A stretch of 64,000 nt of DNA, taken from the NCBI GenBank assembly GCA_965229605.1, contig OZ245892.1:1608102-1672101 (forward strand), in the 5' to 3' direction. The translations under genes were made by a program, and so were the position numbers. Source of the stretch: Alphaproteobacteria bacterium. GTDB lineage: Bacteria; Pseudomonadota; Alphaproteobacteria; CBDDJK01. Each line of letters opens with the position of its first letter. Position 1 is the stretch's first letter. Below are positions 11,004 to 21,617 of the stretch, in pieces. The notes under the pieces are model-generated. The model was not told where the DNA came from. It saw only the letters and a list, made by a program, of their open reading frames with translations, and ran no database searches.

Positions 11004-11187
11004 CAGCCGGAATTAAGGGGCAAAATCAGAATATGGCAGTATCAATAATCAGACTCAATATAGAGCAAGTATTAAAATCTCTATTTGAGTAGTTTTTCTA
11101 TTGAATATTTGCCAATGCTATGCTAAAAGAAACTGTTTGCTGCAGCGAACAAGGATATCAAGAGGTTCACATGAGGCCATATAAATC

Positions 11188-11264
11188 TAAATATTCAATG
11201 CGCCGTGCGACGGGTAAATATTCAATGCGCCGTGCGACGGGTAAATATTCAATGCGCCGCACGG
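11188..11264 (+). repeat. 27-bp tandem direct repeat, 2.8 copies (TAAATATTCAATGCGCCGTGCGACGGG)
   Basis: Two copies are exact and the third is partial. Each copy contains an in-frame ATG followed by CGCCG. Confidence 0.9.
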
Positions 11265-12889
11265 TCAGGCATTCGTTCTGGCTGGCCGCAGGTATTACGG
11301 TTGCGCTGAATCTGCCAAATGGCGCATTAAACTGGAATGCTGGTAACGACTATTCCGGCGCATATTCTTATGGCGCACACTCACATGGCCAGGCACAGCA
11401 CGGTCAGGCACAGGCAGCCTCCCTCTCAACTGAATTGCGTCTGATGCTGATGACGCATCCAGAACTCAAGGCCGCTGCCAAGCGCGTTGACATCGCGGAT
11501 CAAGCCGTGCGCGAAGCCCAGAGCAGCTTTTTTCCTGAAATCACCGTTTCCGGCGAAGTTGGCCCCAACACGGTCTCAACCCCGGGGGGACGCACCAACG
11601 AAACAGTCGAAGAACTGGACGGGCGCGTAGGCTCGTTGGAAGCCCGACAGATGCTTCTGGATTGGGGGGCCACCTGGAATGCGGTTGATGCCTCTAAAAT
11701 GGAAGCCGATGCAGCGCGGATCGGATTGAATCTGGCACGTCAGGAAGCACTTTTCACCGCCTCGCGGGCCTATATGGAAGTCATGCGCAACCGCGAGCTT
11801 ATTTCGGTGAACAACCGGAGAGAAGAAAGCATCCGCACCCAGACCCGCCTTGAGGACGAACGGGTGCGCAGCGGAGCCGGGGTTTCGATAGATGTCTTGC
11901 AAGCCAAGAAACGTCTGCAACGGGCCATCAATGAGCGGCTGGGAACCAAGCGTCGGCTTGAACGGGCCTCTGCAGCTTATAACAAGATTTTTGGTATTCC
12001 TGTTGAGGCAGGACCGCTTGAGGATGATGTGACCAACCAGCTGCTGATTCCGGCAACGATGGAACAGGCTCTGGAAATTGCCCGCGCCAATGCCCCTGAT
12101 TATCTGCGCGCCCTTCTGGCAGCGGATACTGCAAAGGAGCGTATCAACGAAGCCTGGGCCGATTTTCTTCCGACACTGGAACTGGTGGGGTCGATTGATT
12201 ATTCAGAAAATGATGGCAGCCGCGGGATTACCCGTGACACCCGTGGCTATCTTGAAATGAACTGGGATTTATTCAGTGGTTTCGGGACGGTTGCCGCCGT
12301 TGAGCGATTGACCGGAACATGGGGGGAAGCCCTTAGTCAGTCGGATGTTCAGCGGTTGAATGTCGATGAGAATGTTCGCGCGGCCTGGGGAAAGCTTGAA
12401 AATGCTCGGGAGCGTCAAGACCTTTATCGAAACGGGCAAACGCTTGCTGAGGAATTGCTGATTGCGCGCCAGAAACTGCGTGATTCGGGTAAAGAGACCG
12501 CGCTTGGTGTCCTTGATGCGGAAATTGAGGTCTTTCAGTCTGAAGTTGATTTGATCAATGCCAATTATGATGCCCGCGCTGCTGCGGTTGAGTTGGTCCG
12601 CTCGACGGGAATTTTAACACCTGCATCGCTTGGGATTGTCCTGACGGATGAAGACCTGAGCCGTTCTGATGCAGAAGAAATGGAGAGCGTTCTGCCTGAA
12701 GCCGTTCCGACGGTTTCGGCAGATCAGGAGCAAGAAGCCATGATGGGCGATGAAGGCTCCGATATGTCGATGACGCAAGAACAGGCTCAGGATGAAGCAG
12801 AGCCTTATTCCAGCCGCAGCGAGCTGGAATCGATGTTGGAGTTGTCGCCGGATTCGCCTTTTGCACCGACGGGTTCTGACGGGGTTTAA
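11252..12889 (+). CDS. TolC-family outer-membrane efflux protein with an acidic C-terminal tail
   Basis: Starting at 11252 gives MRRTVRHSFWLAAGITVALN, a signal-peptide-like N-terminus. TolC-like helical repeats follow (…HPELKAAAKRVDIADQAVREAQSSFFPEITVSG…). Upstream in-frame ATGs at 11171, 11198 and 11225 cannot be excluded. Confidence 0.6.
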   Translation: MRRTVRHSFWLAAGITVALNLPNGALNWNAGNDYSGAYSYGAHSHGQAQHGQAQAASLSTELRLMLMTHPELKAAAKRVDIADQAVREAQSSFFPEITVSGEVGPNTVSTPGGRTNETVEELDGRVGSLEARQMLLDWGATWNAVDASKMEADAARIGLNLARQEALFTASRAYMEVMRNRELISVNNRREESIRTQTRLEDERVRSGAGVSIDVLQAKKRLQRAINERLGTKRRLERASAAYNKIFGIPVEAGPLEDDVTNQLLIPATMEQALEIARANAPDYLRALLAADTAKERINEAWADFLPTLELVGSIDYSENDGSRGITRDTRGYLEMNWDLFSGFGTVAAVERLTGTWGEALSQSDVQRLNVDENVRAAWGKLENARERQDLYRNGQTLAEELLIARQKLRDSGKETALGVLDAEIEVFQSEVDLINANYDARAAAVELVRSTGILTPASLGIVLTDEDLSRSDAEEMESVLPEAVPTVSADQEQEAMMGDEGSDMSMTQEQAQDEAEPYSSRSELESMLELSPDSPFAPTGSDGV

Positions 12890-12970
12890 TTTTCCGGCTG
12901 AGTGTTGCCGCTGGAGTCTTTAAAGCGGTATTCCCTTAACTTCGCATGTCCTTAATTGCGCGTTTTTGGC

Positions 12971-13348
12971 TCAAGCAGCAGCACCTGTGGCGAGTTCAGT
13001 GACAGCCGCGATGATATCGGCATTGGCAAAAGGCTTGGTGATAAATTTATTGGCCCCGCATTCAAGCGCCGTGCGCCGGTCTTCGCGTTGCCCCTTGGCT
13101 GTAAGCATTAAAACAGGCACATGCGCGGTCTTTTCATCAGCACGGAGTCGACGCAGGATTTCATAGCCATCCAGGCCCGGCATCATCACATCCAGCACCA
13201 TGACATCGGGTGGACGCTCCAGCACAGCGGCCCAGGCCTGCTGACCATCAGACTGCACGCCGACTTCAAAGCCTGCGCGCTCCAGCACGAAGGACAAGGA
13301 TGTCACGATATTCGGTTCATCTTCAGCCAATAAAACATAGGCGGTCAT
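12971..13348 (-). CDS. single-domain (CheY-like) response regulator receiver protein
   Basis: MTAYVLLAEDEPNIV…VLDVMMPGLDGYEIL…VPVLMLTAKG shows the receiver aspartate context. There is no output domain and no adjacent kinase. Confidence 0.7.
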   Translation of the reverse strand: MTAYVLLAEDEPNIVTSLSFVLERAGFEVGVQSDGQQAWAAVLERPPDVMVLDVMMPGLDGYEILRRLRADEKTAHVPVLMLTAKGQREDRRTALECGANKFITKPFANADIIAAVTELATGAAA

Positions 13349-13370
13349 TTGCCCCTCCATCCCGTGCTTT

Positions 13371-13390
13371 TAGGGTCCTGACCCTAAGCC
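13371..13390. repeat. palindrome TTAGGGTC-CT-GACCCTAA, a solo copy of the TIR core of the 4755-5194 element
   Basis: GGGTCCTGACCCTAA is identical to 5180-5194. It lies upstream of the response-regulator start. Confidence 0.6.
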
Positions 13391-13553
13391 TTTCTTGCCT
13401 ATACAATAACAAAACAATAGCCAAAAACCGCGACAGGGGCAAATTGAATTATCTGGCAGATGAAAAGCGACTTGAAACAGATCGGGCGAATCACGCTAAT
13501 AGGCATATAAAATTATGCGGATCGCGTATAGAGAATAGAAAGGTGGTCAGTTT

Positions 13554-15338
13554 ATGCATGTTTATCGCACGCATCATTGTGCAGAATTACGCGCACAGGA
13601 TGCAGGTTCGAAGGCTCGTCTGTCCGGGTGGGTTCATCGCAAGCGCAACCACGGGCAGCTTCTTTTTATCGACCTGCGCGACCATCACGGATTGACGCAG
13701 TCTGTTGTTGATACGGAGAGCCCGCTGTTTGAAGAACTTGAGGCCTTGAGTCTGGAATCTGTGATCACTGTGACGGGTCAGGTGATTGACCGCACGCCGG
13801 AGACGGTGAATCCTGCCCTGCCGACGGGGGCTGTTGAGTTGCGGATTGAAGGTTTTGAGGTTCAGTCCCGGGCCAATCCCCTGCCGATGCCGGTTAATCA
13901 GGATGCGGGCTATCCTGAGGATATCCGGCTGCGTTACCGGTTTCTTGATTTAAGGCGGCCAGATTTGCATGACCAGATTGTGTTGCGCTCCAGGGTTATT
14001 GGCTATTTGCGCCAGCGCATGGGAGAGGCCGGATTTCTGGAGTATCAAACCCCGATCCTGACAGCTTCCAGCCCGGAAGGGGCGCGCGATTTTCTAGTGC
14101 CAAGCCGCATACATCCCGGGCAGTTTTATGCCCTGCCGCAGGCCCCGCAGCAATTCAAGCAATTATTGATGATTGCCGGTTTTGACCGTTATTTTCAGAT
14201 TGCGCCTTGTTTTCGTGATGAGGATTCGCGGGCAGACCGCAGCCCCGGGGAGTTTTACCAGCTTGACTTTGAAATGAGTTTTGTCACGCAGGACGATGTT
14301 TTTGAAGCGATTGAGCCGGTTCTGTATGATACATTTTCAACCTTTGCCAATGGCCGCACGGTTAGTCCGGCACCTTTTGTCCGCATTCCCTACCGGGAGG
14401 CCCTGGCCCGCTATGGAAGTGACAAGCCTGATTTGCGCAATCCCCTGACCCTTTGCGATGTCAGTGAAGTCTTTAAGGACAGCAGCTTCAAGGTTTTTGC
14501 GGGCATTGTTGCCAAAGGCGGGGAGGTTCAGGCGGTTCTGGCCAAAGGGGCTGGCGAGCAACCACGCAAATTCTTTGATGATCTGAACAGCTGGGCCAGA
14601 ACGCTGGAGCAGCCGGGCCTTGGCTATATTGCCTGGAAAGCAGACGGGACTGCAGCCGGGCCGATTGCCAAAAACCTTTCCGAAGACTCGCTGAAATCAC
14701 TTGAAAAAACCCTTGGAGCCACCCCCGGTGATGCCGTTTTCTTTGCCGCCGGTCCAAAACAGGGAGACGCCACCAAGCTCTTTGCCGGGCAAATTCGCAC
14801 ACGGCTTGGCACTTTGCTTGACCTGATTGATCCAGAACATTTTGCCTTTTGCTGGATTGTTGATTTCCCGATGTTTGAATGGGACGAAACCGCCCAAAAG
14901 ATTGATTTTTCGCATAATCCCTTTTCCATGCCGCAAGGCGGGCTGAAAGCCCTGCAAGAGCAAGACCCGCTGGATATTCTGGCCTATCAATATGACATTG
15001 TGTGTAACGGCATTGAACTTTCCTCCGGGGCTATTCGGAACCATTTGCCCGAGGTCATGTATAAAGCCTTTGAAATTGCCGGGCATGACCCGGCGGTTGT
15101 GGACACACGATTTGGCGGCATGATTAATGCTCTCAAACTTGGGGCCCCGCCGCATGGCGGCTCGGCTCCCGGGATTGACCGGATTGTCATGCTGCTGGCC
15201 GGAGCCTCCAATATCCGCGAGATTATTGCCTTCCCGATGAATCAGACGGCGCAGGATTTAATGATGGGGGCCCCTGCGCCAGTGTCAGAGCGTCAGTTGC
15301 GCGATGTCCATATTTCGCTTGATATCAAGGACACATGA
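13554..15338 (+). CDS. aspS: aspartate--tRNA ligase
   Basis: The protein is 594 aa with a class II aaRS fold and an AspRS N-terminal OB domain ([13 protein letters not shown]…[19 protein letters not shown]). Confidence 0.95.
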   Translation: MHVYRTHHCAELRAQDAGSKARLSGWVHRKRNHGQLLFIDLRDHHGLTQSVVDTESPLFEELEALSLESVITVTGQVIDRTPETVNPALPTGAVELRIEGFEVQSRANPLPMPVNQDAGYPEDIRLRYRFLDLRRPDLHDQIVLRSRVIGYLRQRMGEAGFLEYQTPILTASSPEGARDFLVPSRIHPGQFYALPQAPQQFKQLLMIAGFDRYFQIAPCFRDEDSRADRSPGEFYQLDFEMSFVTQDDVFEAIEPVLYDTFSTFANGRTVSPAPFVRIPYREALARYGSDKPDLRNPLTLCDVSEVFKDSSFKVFAGIVAKGGEVQAVLAKGAGEQPRKFFDDLNSWARTLEQPGLGYIAWKADGTAAGPIAKNLSEDSLKSLEKTLGATPGDAVFFAAGPKQGDATKLFAGQIRTRLGTLLDLIDPEHFAFCWIVDFPMFEWDETAQKIDFSHNPFSMPQGGLKALQEQDPLDILAYQYDIVCNGIELSSGAIRNHLPEVMYKAFEIAGHDPAVVDTRFGGMINALKLGAPPHGGSAPGIDRIVMLLAGASNIREIIAFPMNQTAQDLMMGAPAPVSERQLRDVHISLDIKDT

Positions 15339-18010
15339 GCCCGCTTCCTTCCCCCAGCCCCGTTATCACCCAGATTGAAGGCATGATCCGTAAAGGGGAG
15401 ATGCAGCAGGCTATTCAGGCTGGCAGCGCAGCCCTTAAAGCGGTTTCACAGCCAAAGCGCACTAAAGCGTCTTCCAACCGGGTCCCGCCACGGCGAAAAA
15501 TACCCAAGGGCGGGCGCAAGAAAAATCCGCAAGCCCCTCAAAACCAAGCCAGTCAGCCAGAGGTCAGGCTGGATAAAGATCAACGCCAGCATGTCGCCTT
15601 TCTGGTGGCGGTTGCACAAGCCAATCTTGATGGCGGCAAGAAGACTCCAAAGGGAATCGAGGCTCTGCATGAACTGGTTGATATAGAATCGCCCTACCCG
15701 CCAGCCGCCGAGGCTCTGGGGCAATATTATTATAAAACCAGCGATCACGAGAAGACCATACGCTATTATGAAATAGCCATCAGCCAAGCGAAGAAAGTAA
15801 CTGAATCGCATTTCCATCTTGCAAGTGCCTATTTTAACAGCGGGAATGCAACGCAGGCTCTGAAGTGGCTGGCCCCTTATCTGGAGAAAAATCCTGATAA
15901 AATCGATGCCTGTATCCTGAAAGGGCAAGCGCATAACTTGCTTGGCCAGTCGGCCGAGGCCCTTGCCGCTTTTGAAAATGTCTTGAAGCAAGCCCCAAAA
16001 AATCAGCGCGCGCTCTATCTTCATGCGCTGGTTGCGCAAAAAATGGACAAGTCGGAACTGGTCATACAAAGCTGCCGGACGGCTCTAGCACTATCGCCCG
16101 GCAATGCTCAGATGTGGATGATGTTGGGCCTCGCCCTGCATAATCTGAACGATCAAAAAGCCGCCTATCTTGCAAATAATAAAGTCCGAAAGCTCACACG
16201 CAAAGACAACCGGACAGTCTATAATCAGGCCCGCCTGAATTGTGTGCGATTGCTTAACCTTATCGGAAAGCCAAAATTGGGACTGGCCATCTTCCTGCGC
16301 CAGGCCCGACTTGAACCGGTGACCAATAAATCGACCATGGATTTGGCCTATCAGGCCTATCGGGCCTCCAGCCGCGATATCGCGCTTGGCAGCTTGCAGG
16401 AAAAAATTGATCAGGGCAGTGACTACCCGGAATTTTTCCTCTTGCTGGGACGTTTGCAAAATCAGTCTGGCGATTTCACGGATGCTCAAAAAACCCTTGA
16501 AGCCGGGTTAAAAATACACCCGAAACATGCTCTGATGCGGATCAGGCTGGTAGAATCTTTCCTTGGCCGCAAGATGAATGAAGAAGCCGCACAGATTCTT
16601 GATGGATTTTCTAAAGACGATATCGCCGCTCTGGAGCCAGATGTGCGGATTCATTATTTTCTGCGCCGACGCACGCTGCTGTCACGCTATCCCGATAAAA
16701 AAGCCGAAGCCGCTGATATGCTCGATCATGCCCTTGGCACCGACCCGCAGGCAATGGATGCCTGGTTCGGGCGGGCCTTTGCCTATGATGCCGAACGCCG
16801 CTATGGCGCAAGCTTGGCGGTCTGTGATGAAAATGCCCGCCGCTTCCCCAATCAGGTTGAAACCTATGTTGCGCGTGGTCATGCTTTAAGCCACCTCAAT
16901 TTAGCCTCGGTATCCGTGCGTGACCTTGATCGCGGGCTGGCCCTTGACCCCAATTCAGTCAATGTCCATCGCAATATGTCGATCAGTAAATTGATGCTGC
17001 AAGACTATCCGCAGGGATTTTACGAATTTGACTGGCGGTGGAAAATGACAAACGATGGCAACTCAAATGCCATCAACACTCGCCAGCGACTTAAAGCCCC
17101 GCCCCTGACCAACCCGGAAGACGCACGCGGCAAGATTGTGCTGCTTTATGGCGAACAGGGCAACGGCGATGTCATCCAGTTTCTACGCTATGTGCCTGTC
17201 CTCGCCAGTTACGGGGCCACCATATGGATGATGGTTCAAAAAGTATATACCGGGATTTTACCGCTTCTTAAAAATTTCCCCGGCATAAAAGTCGTCTTGA
17301 AAGGTGAAACCCCCACCGATGATTTACGCTATGATTATCATGCCTCCCTGATGGACCTGCCGGGGCTTTTTGCAACCACACTGGACAATATCCCGCCGCC
17401 TGTTCCCTTTTACATTGACCCGGAGCGAAAAGAAAAATGGCGCAGCCGACTAAGCAGCTTGCCTGATCTTGGACCAAGAGTCGGGCTGGTCTGTGAAAGC
17501 GGGAAAGGATTTCTCAATAATATGCTGCGCTCCATCGGATTTGAGAATTTTCGCCCTCTTTTCGATATGCCGGTTCACTATATCTGTCTGCAAAAAGACA
17601 TCGCGCCAGAAGACCGCGAATGGCTGGATAAAATTCCAAACCTTTCCATTATCGGACCGGAATTTGAAAATTTTGCCGATACAGCTGCCGTCATCGAAGA
17701 ATTAAATCTGGTGATTTCAACCTGCACCTCAACCGCGCATCTTGCCATGACTCAAGGGGTCGCAACCATGACCATGCAGCCCTGGCGTGGCGACTGGCGC
17801 TGGGGCCTGCAAAGCCAAAAAAGTCTATGGTATGAAAGTGCCACGCTTGTCCGTCAACATCGCTCCCGCGACTGGTCAGCCGTCCTTGATCTCTTGCGCG
17901 GCAAGCTCTGGCGATGGATCGATGCAGGCTGCCCAAAGACACTGCCCGACCCCTTTGCTGTCAAGAGCGTACACATAGACGCCACCCTGCCTGACAATCA
18001 ACATGCCTGA
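15335..18010 (+). CDS. TPR-repeat protein with a C-terminal glycosyltransferase family 9 (heptosyltransferase-like) domain
   Basis: The ATG overlaps the aspS stop (ATGA). It has a Lys/Arg-rich N-terminal region and multiple TPR-like helices. The C-terminal …[24 protein letters not shown]… matches the GT9 -SNDSGPMHLAAAxGTPxVAL- signature. Confidence 0.55.
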   Translation: MSPLPSPSPVITQIEGMIRKGEMQQAIQAGSAALKAVSQPKRTKASSNRVPPRRKIPKGGRKKNPQAPQNQASQPEVRLDKDQRQHVAFLVAVAQANLDGGKKTPKGIEALHELVDIESPYPPAAEALGQYYYKTSDHEKTIRYYEIAISQAKKVTESHFHLASAYFNSGNATQALKWLAPYLEKNPDKIDACILKGQAHNLLGQSAEALAAFENVLKQAPKNQRALYLHALVAQKMDKSELVIQSCRTALALSPGNAQMWMMLGLALHNLNDQKAAYLANNKVRKLTRKDNRTVYNQARLNCVRLLNLIGKPKLGLAIFLRQARLEPVTNKSTMDLAYQAYRASSRDIALGSLQEKIDQGSDYPEFFLLLGRLQNQSGDFTDAQKTLEAGLKIHPKHALMRIRLVESFLGRKMNEEAAQILDGFSKDDIAALEPDVRIHYFLRRRTLLSRYPDKKAEAADMLDHALGTDPQAMDAWFGRAFAYDAERRYGASLAVCDENARRFPNQVETYVARGHALSHLNLASVSVRDLDRGLALDPNSVNVHRNMSISKLMLQDYPQGFYEFDWRWKMTNDGNSNAINTRQRLKAPPLTNPEDARGKIVLLYGEQGNGDVIQFLRYVPVLASYGATIWMMVQKVYTGILPLLKNFPGIKVVLKGETPTDDLRYDYHASLMDLPGLFATTLDNIPPPVPFYIDPERKEKWRSRLSSLPDLGPRVGLVCESGKGFLNNMLRSIGFENFRPLFDMPVHYICLQKDIAPEDREWLDKIPNLSIIGPEFENFADTAAVIEELNLVISTCTSTAHLAMTQGVATMTMQPWRGDWRWGLQSQKSLWYESATLVRQHRSRDWSAVLDLLRGKLWRWIDAGCPKTLPDPFAVKSVHIDATLPDNQHA

Positions 18011-18706
18011 TTGAAACTATTAAAAAAATTGCCTGTTCTATGGAAGCGCATTACTTGCTCTATTGCATCTTTTGCGTAAAAAAACTTAAAAATCAATAGC
18101 TTTACCCATGCCATAAAATTTCTTTTTCTTGCCCAAAAATCGATTTTGCTTTATTTCCAATAGACTGGACAGGTGAGTCAAATGAGACAATATCTGTCAA
18201 CAGTAATTATTACTGATTCCACAAAATATGATCCTTGATCGATTCAGCCCCCCCTTTTATATATGACCTATTGCAGTCAGATGGTGTCGAACAAAAGCAG
18301 ATGCAGAGCAAAAGCAAAGCAAATGCGGGGGTCGAACAAAGACGCAAATAGTGTATAGGCAACGCCCAATCTTGCAAGAAATGATGCACAGACGGGCCAT
18401 GGACCTGACACGAAAAAACTATACTATGTATTCAATATATGCGCGGTATTCAACGTGCATAGCAAGACATGTGGGGTGTCTGAGATAGAGATTATAAGTC
18501 ATGCGGGCTAATCACCTGCATTGCACAGGTTTAGTTTGCTTATAATATATTAATGCACCCGGGTTTTGCTGGTCTGATATTTAATGCCGCAAAGCAGGTG
18601 CTGACACACGATAACACATAAAGGGGCAACACCCGTTTGGCCGGTTTTTACCGGTGATCGGGAAGGGCGAAGCTGTATCGCTCGTTTAGGAAGGGATGGT
18701 GACGCA
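18011..18706 (+). promoter_or_regulatory. about 700-bp AT-rich non-coding region upstream of dnaA (dnaA promoter; possible origin-proximal region)
   Basis: It has no ORF and low GC. Two GANTC (GATTC) sites lie at 18215-18219 and 18241-18245. TGATTCCACAAA (18214-18225) is DnaA-box-like, and gtcgaacaaa occurs as a direct repeat. Confidence 0.35.
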
Positions 18707-20566
18707 ATGTCTCCAGAAAACAGACAAATGCTCAGGACTCATGTTCACACTGAAACAGGAGACACGGGTTCACCTGTCAATCTGTCTGCCGACCCGCCTG
18801 TTCCGCCTTCTTCAATTCCTTACCAACCCCTTGATCCTGCTAACCCAGCCCAAAAAACTTCTCTCCCTAACATCGAATATACTAACATTGAATATAAAGG
18901 CATCAACGATAAAGAGATCGAAGACGTTGCCTCTATTCGTGAAAAAATTTCTGCCGGAAAGAACAAGTTCTCACCTGATCCTATATCGCCGGGCGACTTA
19001 TTAGGCGCCTGGAAGCTTGCGGCCTATAAACTGAGCGGAGAATTCAGCCGTGCCACCGTAGACCGGGTTTTCTCCCAGCTCCAGCTACGCGACTATCGTG
19101 ATGGAATTGTCATTCTGGAAACCCGGAACGAGCTGGCCTTGCGCAGTGCCCGCGATGTCCATCTTGAAACCATTGAATCGGCACTTCAAGATGCCTTTCC
19201 CGGCACGCACCCTGTCAAGGGCGTGGACATTATCCTGGCCCCTCCGCGGCAGGCTGACGCAAATAACCCGGATGCACAGCTTATTCGGGCAGAAAATGCA
19301 GGCAAAGTCTTTACATTTCCTCCACATGGCGGGATGAATAACGGCTATGCGGCTCCGGCAGCAAACCTGCCCGGATCAGCGCGTGCAAAAACCCGCCGCT
19401 CCAGTCGCTTCTATATGCCGTCGCCTTTTTCTGAAGAAGACCCGCTTTATGCCGTCTATGCCCCGCTGGCGCACCCTCTTTTGCCGCGTCACCGGTTTGA
19501 TCACTTCATTATTGATGATACAAATCTGCTCCCCCATACAGTCGCCAAGCGTGCCGCTCTGGACAGTGAAAGCGATGACTTCAGCCCCCTGATTTTTCAT
19601 GGCGCCTCCGGTGTCGGGAAAACCCACCTGTTGCAGGCCATTGCCTATGAATTGGGAACCCACCATCCCGATGTCCCGACCATCTGTTTTCAAGCAAATA
19701 TCTTCAAGCACCAGTTCTATATGGCCATAAAAAACCGCGATACCGTCAGTTTCCGCGAAATGTTGCGCCAATTTGAAGTCTTGATCATTGATGATCTGCA
19801 CCGAATGCGCGGACAGCATCGGGCCCTTGAAGAAATTATGAATATTCTCGATGAATTTAAAACAATGGGTAAAAGAGTTTATCTTGCACTCAACCAGCCC
19901 CTGCACGAATTACAGGATTTTCCAGAAGCCCTGCTGACTCGTCTGGCCGGAGGGATGACCCTTGAAATTAAAGCCCCGGGCCATGCCTTGAAGCTCAAGG
20001 CGTTAAAACTTGAAGCCGAACGGCTTGGGCTTGCTTCAGTAATCCGGCCCGAAATCTATGATATGATCGTTCAGGAAACACAAGGCGGCGTGCGGGAACT
20101 CTATTGTATCGCCGTGCGGATGCAGGGAATGCAGGACTACCTGACACAGATCAGTGGAAAAAGCCCCTATGATGCAAATCCTGCTCAAGATTCTGCTTCT
20201 GCCTACTGGACAAAAGAACGAGTCCTCTCCCTGATACAAGAACAGCAAGGCGAGGCAAGGCGGGTCAAAATGTCCGATATTCTTGCCTTATGTTCGCAAC
20301 GCTTTGGGGTGACCCGTCAGGCTTTATTCTCTCGCCAGCGGTCCAGAAATATTTCGCGCTGCCGCCATGTTGCTGCCTATCTGGCAAAAAATATGACCAG
20401 TAAATCCTTGCCGGAAATCGGGCGTGATCTTGGCGGGCTTGATCATACCAGCGTGCTTTATGCCTTGCGCCAGATGGCCAGGAAGATGGAAGACGATGCA
20501 AGTTTTCGCGACGAGGTCGAAGACCTTGCAAGACGGCTGCGCTACGGCATAAAATACGAAGAATAG
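18707..20566 (+). CDS. dnaA: chromosomal replication initiator DnaA family protein (619 aa, with extended N-terminus and linker)
   Basis: Domain I-like …LGAWKLAAYKLSGEFSRATVDRVFSQLQLRDYRDGIVILETRNELALRS… is present. The AAA+ domain has Walker A GASGVGKTHLL and Walker B VLIIDDLH. Domain IV reads …ISRCRHVAAYLAKNMTSKSLPEIGRDLGGLDHTSVLYAL…. Confidence 0.8.
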   Translation: MSPENRQMLRTHVHTETGDTGSPVNLSADPPVPPSSIPYQPLDPANPAQKTSLPNIEYTNIEYKGINDKEIEDVASIREKISAGKNKFSPDPISPGDLLGAWKLAAYKLSGEFSRATVDRVFSQLQLRDYRDGIVILETRNELALRSARDVHLETIESALQDAFPGTHPVKGVDIILAPPRQADANNPDAQLIRAENAGKVFTFPPHGGMNNGYAAPAANLPGSARAKTRRSSRFYMPSPFSEEDPLYAVYAPLAHPLLPRHRFDHFIIDDTNLLPHTVAKRAALDSESDDFSPLIFHGASGVGKTHLLQAIAYELGTHHPDVPTICFQANIFKHQFYMAIKNRDTVSFREMLRQFEVLIIDDLHRMRGQHRALEEIMNILDEFKTMGKRVYLALNQPLHELQDFPEALLTRLAGGMTLEIKAPGHALKLKALKLEAERLGLASVIRPEIYDMIVQETQGGVRELYCIAVRMQGMQDYLTQISGKSPYDANPAQDSASAYWTKERVLSLIQEQQGEARRVKMSDILALCSQRFGVTRQALFSRQRSRNISRCRHVAAYLAKNMTSKSLPEIGRDLGGLDHTSVLYALRQMARKMEDDASFRDEVEDLARRLRYGIKYEE

Positions 20567-20577
20567 AGTCCTCTGCC

Positions 20578-21570
20578 ATGGCTTTGATGATGCTTGCCTT
20601 TCCGGGGCAGGGTTCGCAGGTTCCGGGGATGGCCCAGGCCTTTGCCGATGAATTTCAGGCTGCCCGCGAGGTGCTGCAGGAAGTTGATGATGCGCTGGAT
20701 CAGCACCTCAGTCGGCTTATGCACGATGGCCCGATGGAGGAATTGACCTTGACCGAGAATGCCCAGCCAGCCTTGATGGCGGCCTCGCTGGCGGCGGTGC
20801 GGGTTATTGAGTCTGAAACTTCAAGCCCGCTTTCACAATTTGCGCAATGTGCGGCCGGGCATAGTCTGGGGGAATATAGTGCCTATGCCGCGCTTGGAAC
20901 CTTTAGCATCGGGGATACGGCGCGACTTTTGCGCCAGCGTGGACAAGCCATGCAACAGGCGGTTCCGCCCGGAGAAGGGGCAATGGCTGCGCTGATCGGG
21001 CTTTCGCCGGATCAGGTTGACGCGGTTGTTGCAGAGGTTATGGACGGGTCTGACAGCGGCGAAGTCCTGGCCTTTGCCAATGATAATGGCGGCGGACAAG
21101 CGGTGGTGAGCGGAACGGCCAAGGCGGTCGAGCGCGCGATGGCTCTGGCAAAGGAACAAGGGGCCAAGCGCGCCTTGCCGCTTAGCGTATCGGCGCCTTT
21201 TCACTGTGCATTGATGCAACCGGCAGCGCATATTATGGAGGAAGCCCTGGCACAAACGGCGATAGCAAATCCTTCTTTACCTGTTTACAGCAATGTGACG
21301 GCTTCCCCGGTTAAAAAAACAGAGGATATTCCGCCCTTGCTGGTTGAGCAGGTGACAGGCCGTGTGCGCTGGCGAGAGTCTGTGTTGGCCATGACCGACC
21401 ATCTAAAGCAGCAAGCAGAAGAAGCGGATGAGGAAGCCAGCCCGCTTCTGGCCGAGTTGGGTACTGGCAAGGTTTTATCTGGCCTTGCCCGCCGGATTGC
21501 GCCGGAGCTCACAGGCTTTTCTGTGAGTGACCCGGAGGGGTTAAAGGTTTTCCTGAACCATATCGGCTGA
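20578..21570 (+). CDS. fabD: malonyl CoA-ACP transacylase
   Basis: MALMMLAFPGQGSQVPGM… is followed by the GHSLGEYSA active-site serine motif. Confidence 0.85.
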   Translation: MALMMLAFPGQGSQVPGMAQAFADEFQAAREVLQEVDDALDQHLSRLMHDGPMEELTLTENAQPALMAASLAAVRVIESETSSPLSQFAQCAAGHSLGEYSAYAALGTFSIGDTARLLRQRGQAMQQAVPPGEGAMAALIGLSPDQVDAVVAEVMDGSDSGEVLAFANDNGGGQAVVSGTAKAVERAMALAKEQGAKRALPLSVSAPFHCALMQPAAHIMEEALAQTAIANPSLPVYSNVTASPVKKTEDIPPLLVEQVTGRVRWRESVLAMTDHLKQQAEEADEEASPLLAELGTGKVLSGLARRIAPELTGFSVSDPEGLKVFLNHIG

Positions 21571-21617
21571 CCTGGTGCGCCCAACATGCGTGAATCTTAT
21601 AGCCCTGACCCCGGATT

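Noticed and set aside
11120-11251. Longer N-terminus for the TolC-like protein (ORF-track start 11120, with KYSMRRATG repeats)
   Set aside because: The upstream part is generated by the 27-bp tandem repeat. It lacks a signal peptide until the MRRTVRHSFWLAAG segment that begins at 11252. It is kept as an alternative only.
11188-11264. Tandem repeats as a CRISPR array (also considered for 52916-54790)
   Set aside because: The repeats are directly tandem with no unique spacers. They lie in a 5' leader or inside a protein-coding repeat gene. No cas genes are present in the window.
13210-13695. 161-aa ORF spanning the response-regulator / aspS intergenic region
   Set aside because: It overlaps two well-supported genes on either side and has no domain similarity. 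It reads through the palindrome and the aspS RBS.
18011-18706. Calling the AT-rich region upstream of dnaA as oriC
   Set aside because: Only weak DnaA-box-like matches are visible by eye, and GC skew cannot be evaluated on a 64-kb window. It is reported as a candidate regulatory or origin-proximal region rather than a called feature.
19376-19906. 176-aa antisense ORF within dnaA; similarly 20833..21255- within fabD
   Set aside because: These lie opposite strongly conserved AAA+ and FabD coding sequence. They have no motif and no start context.
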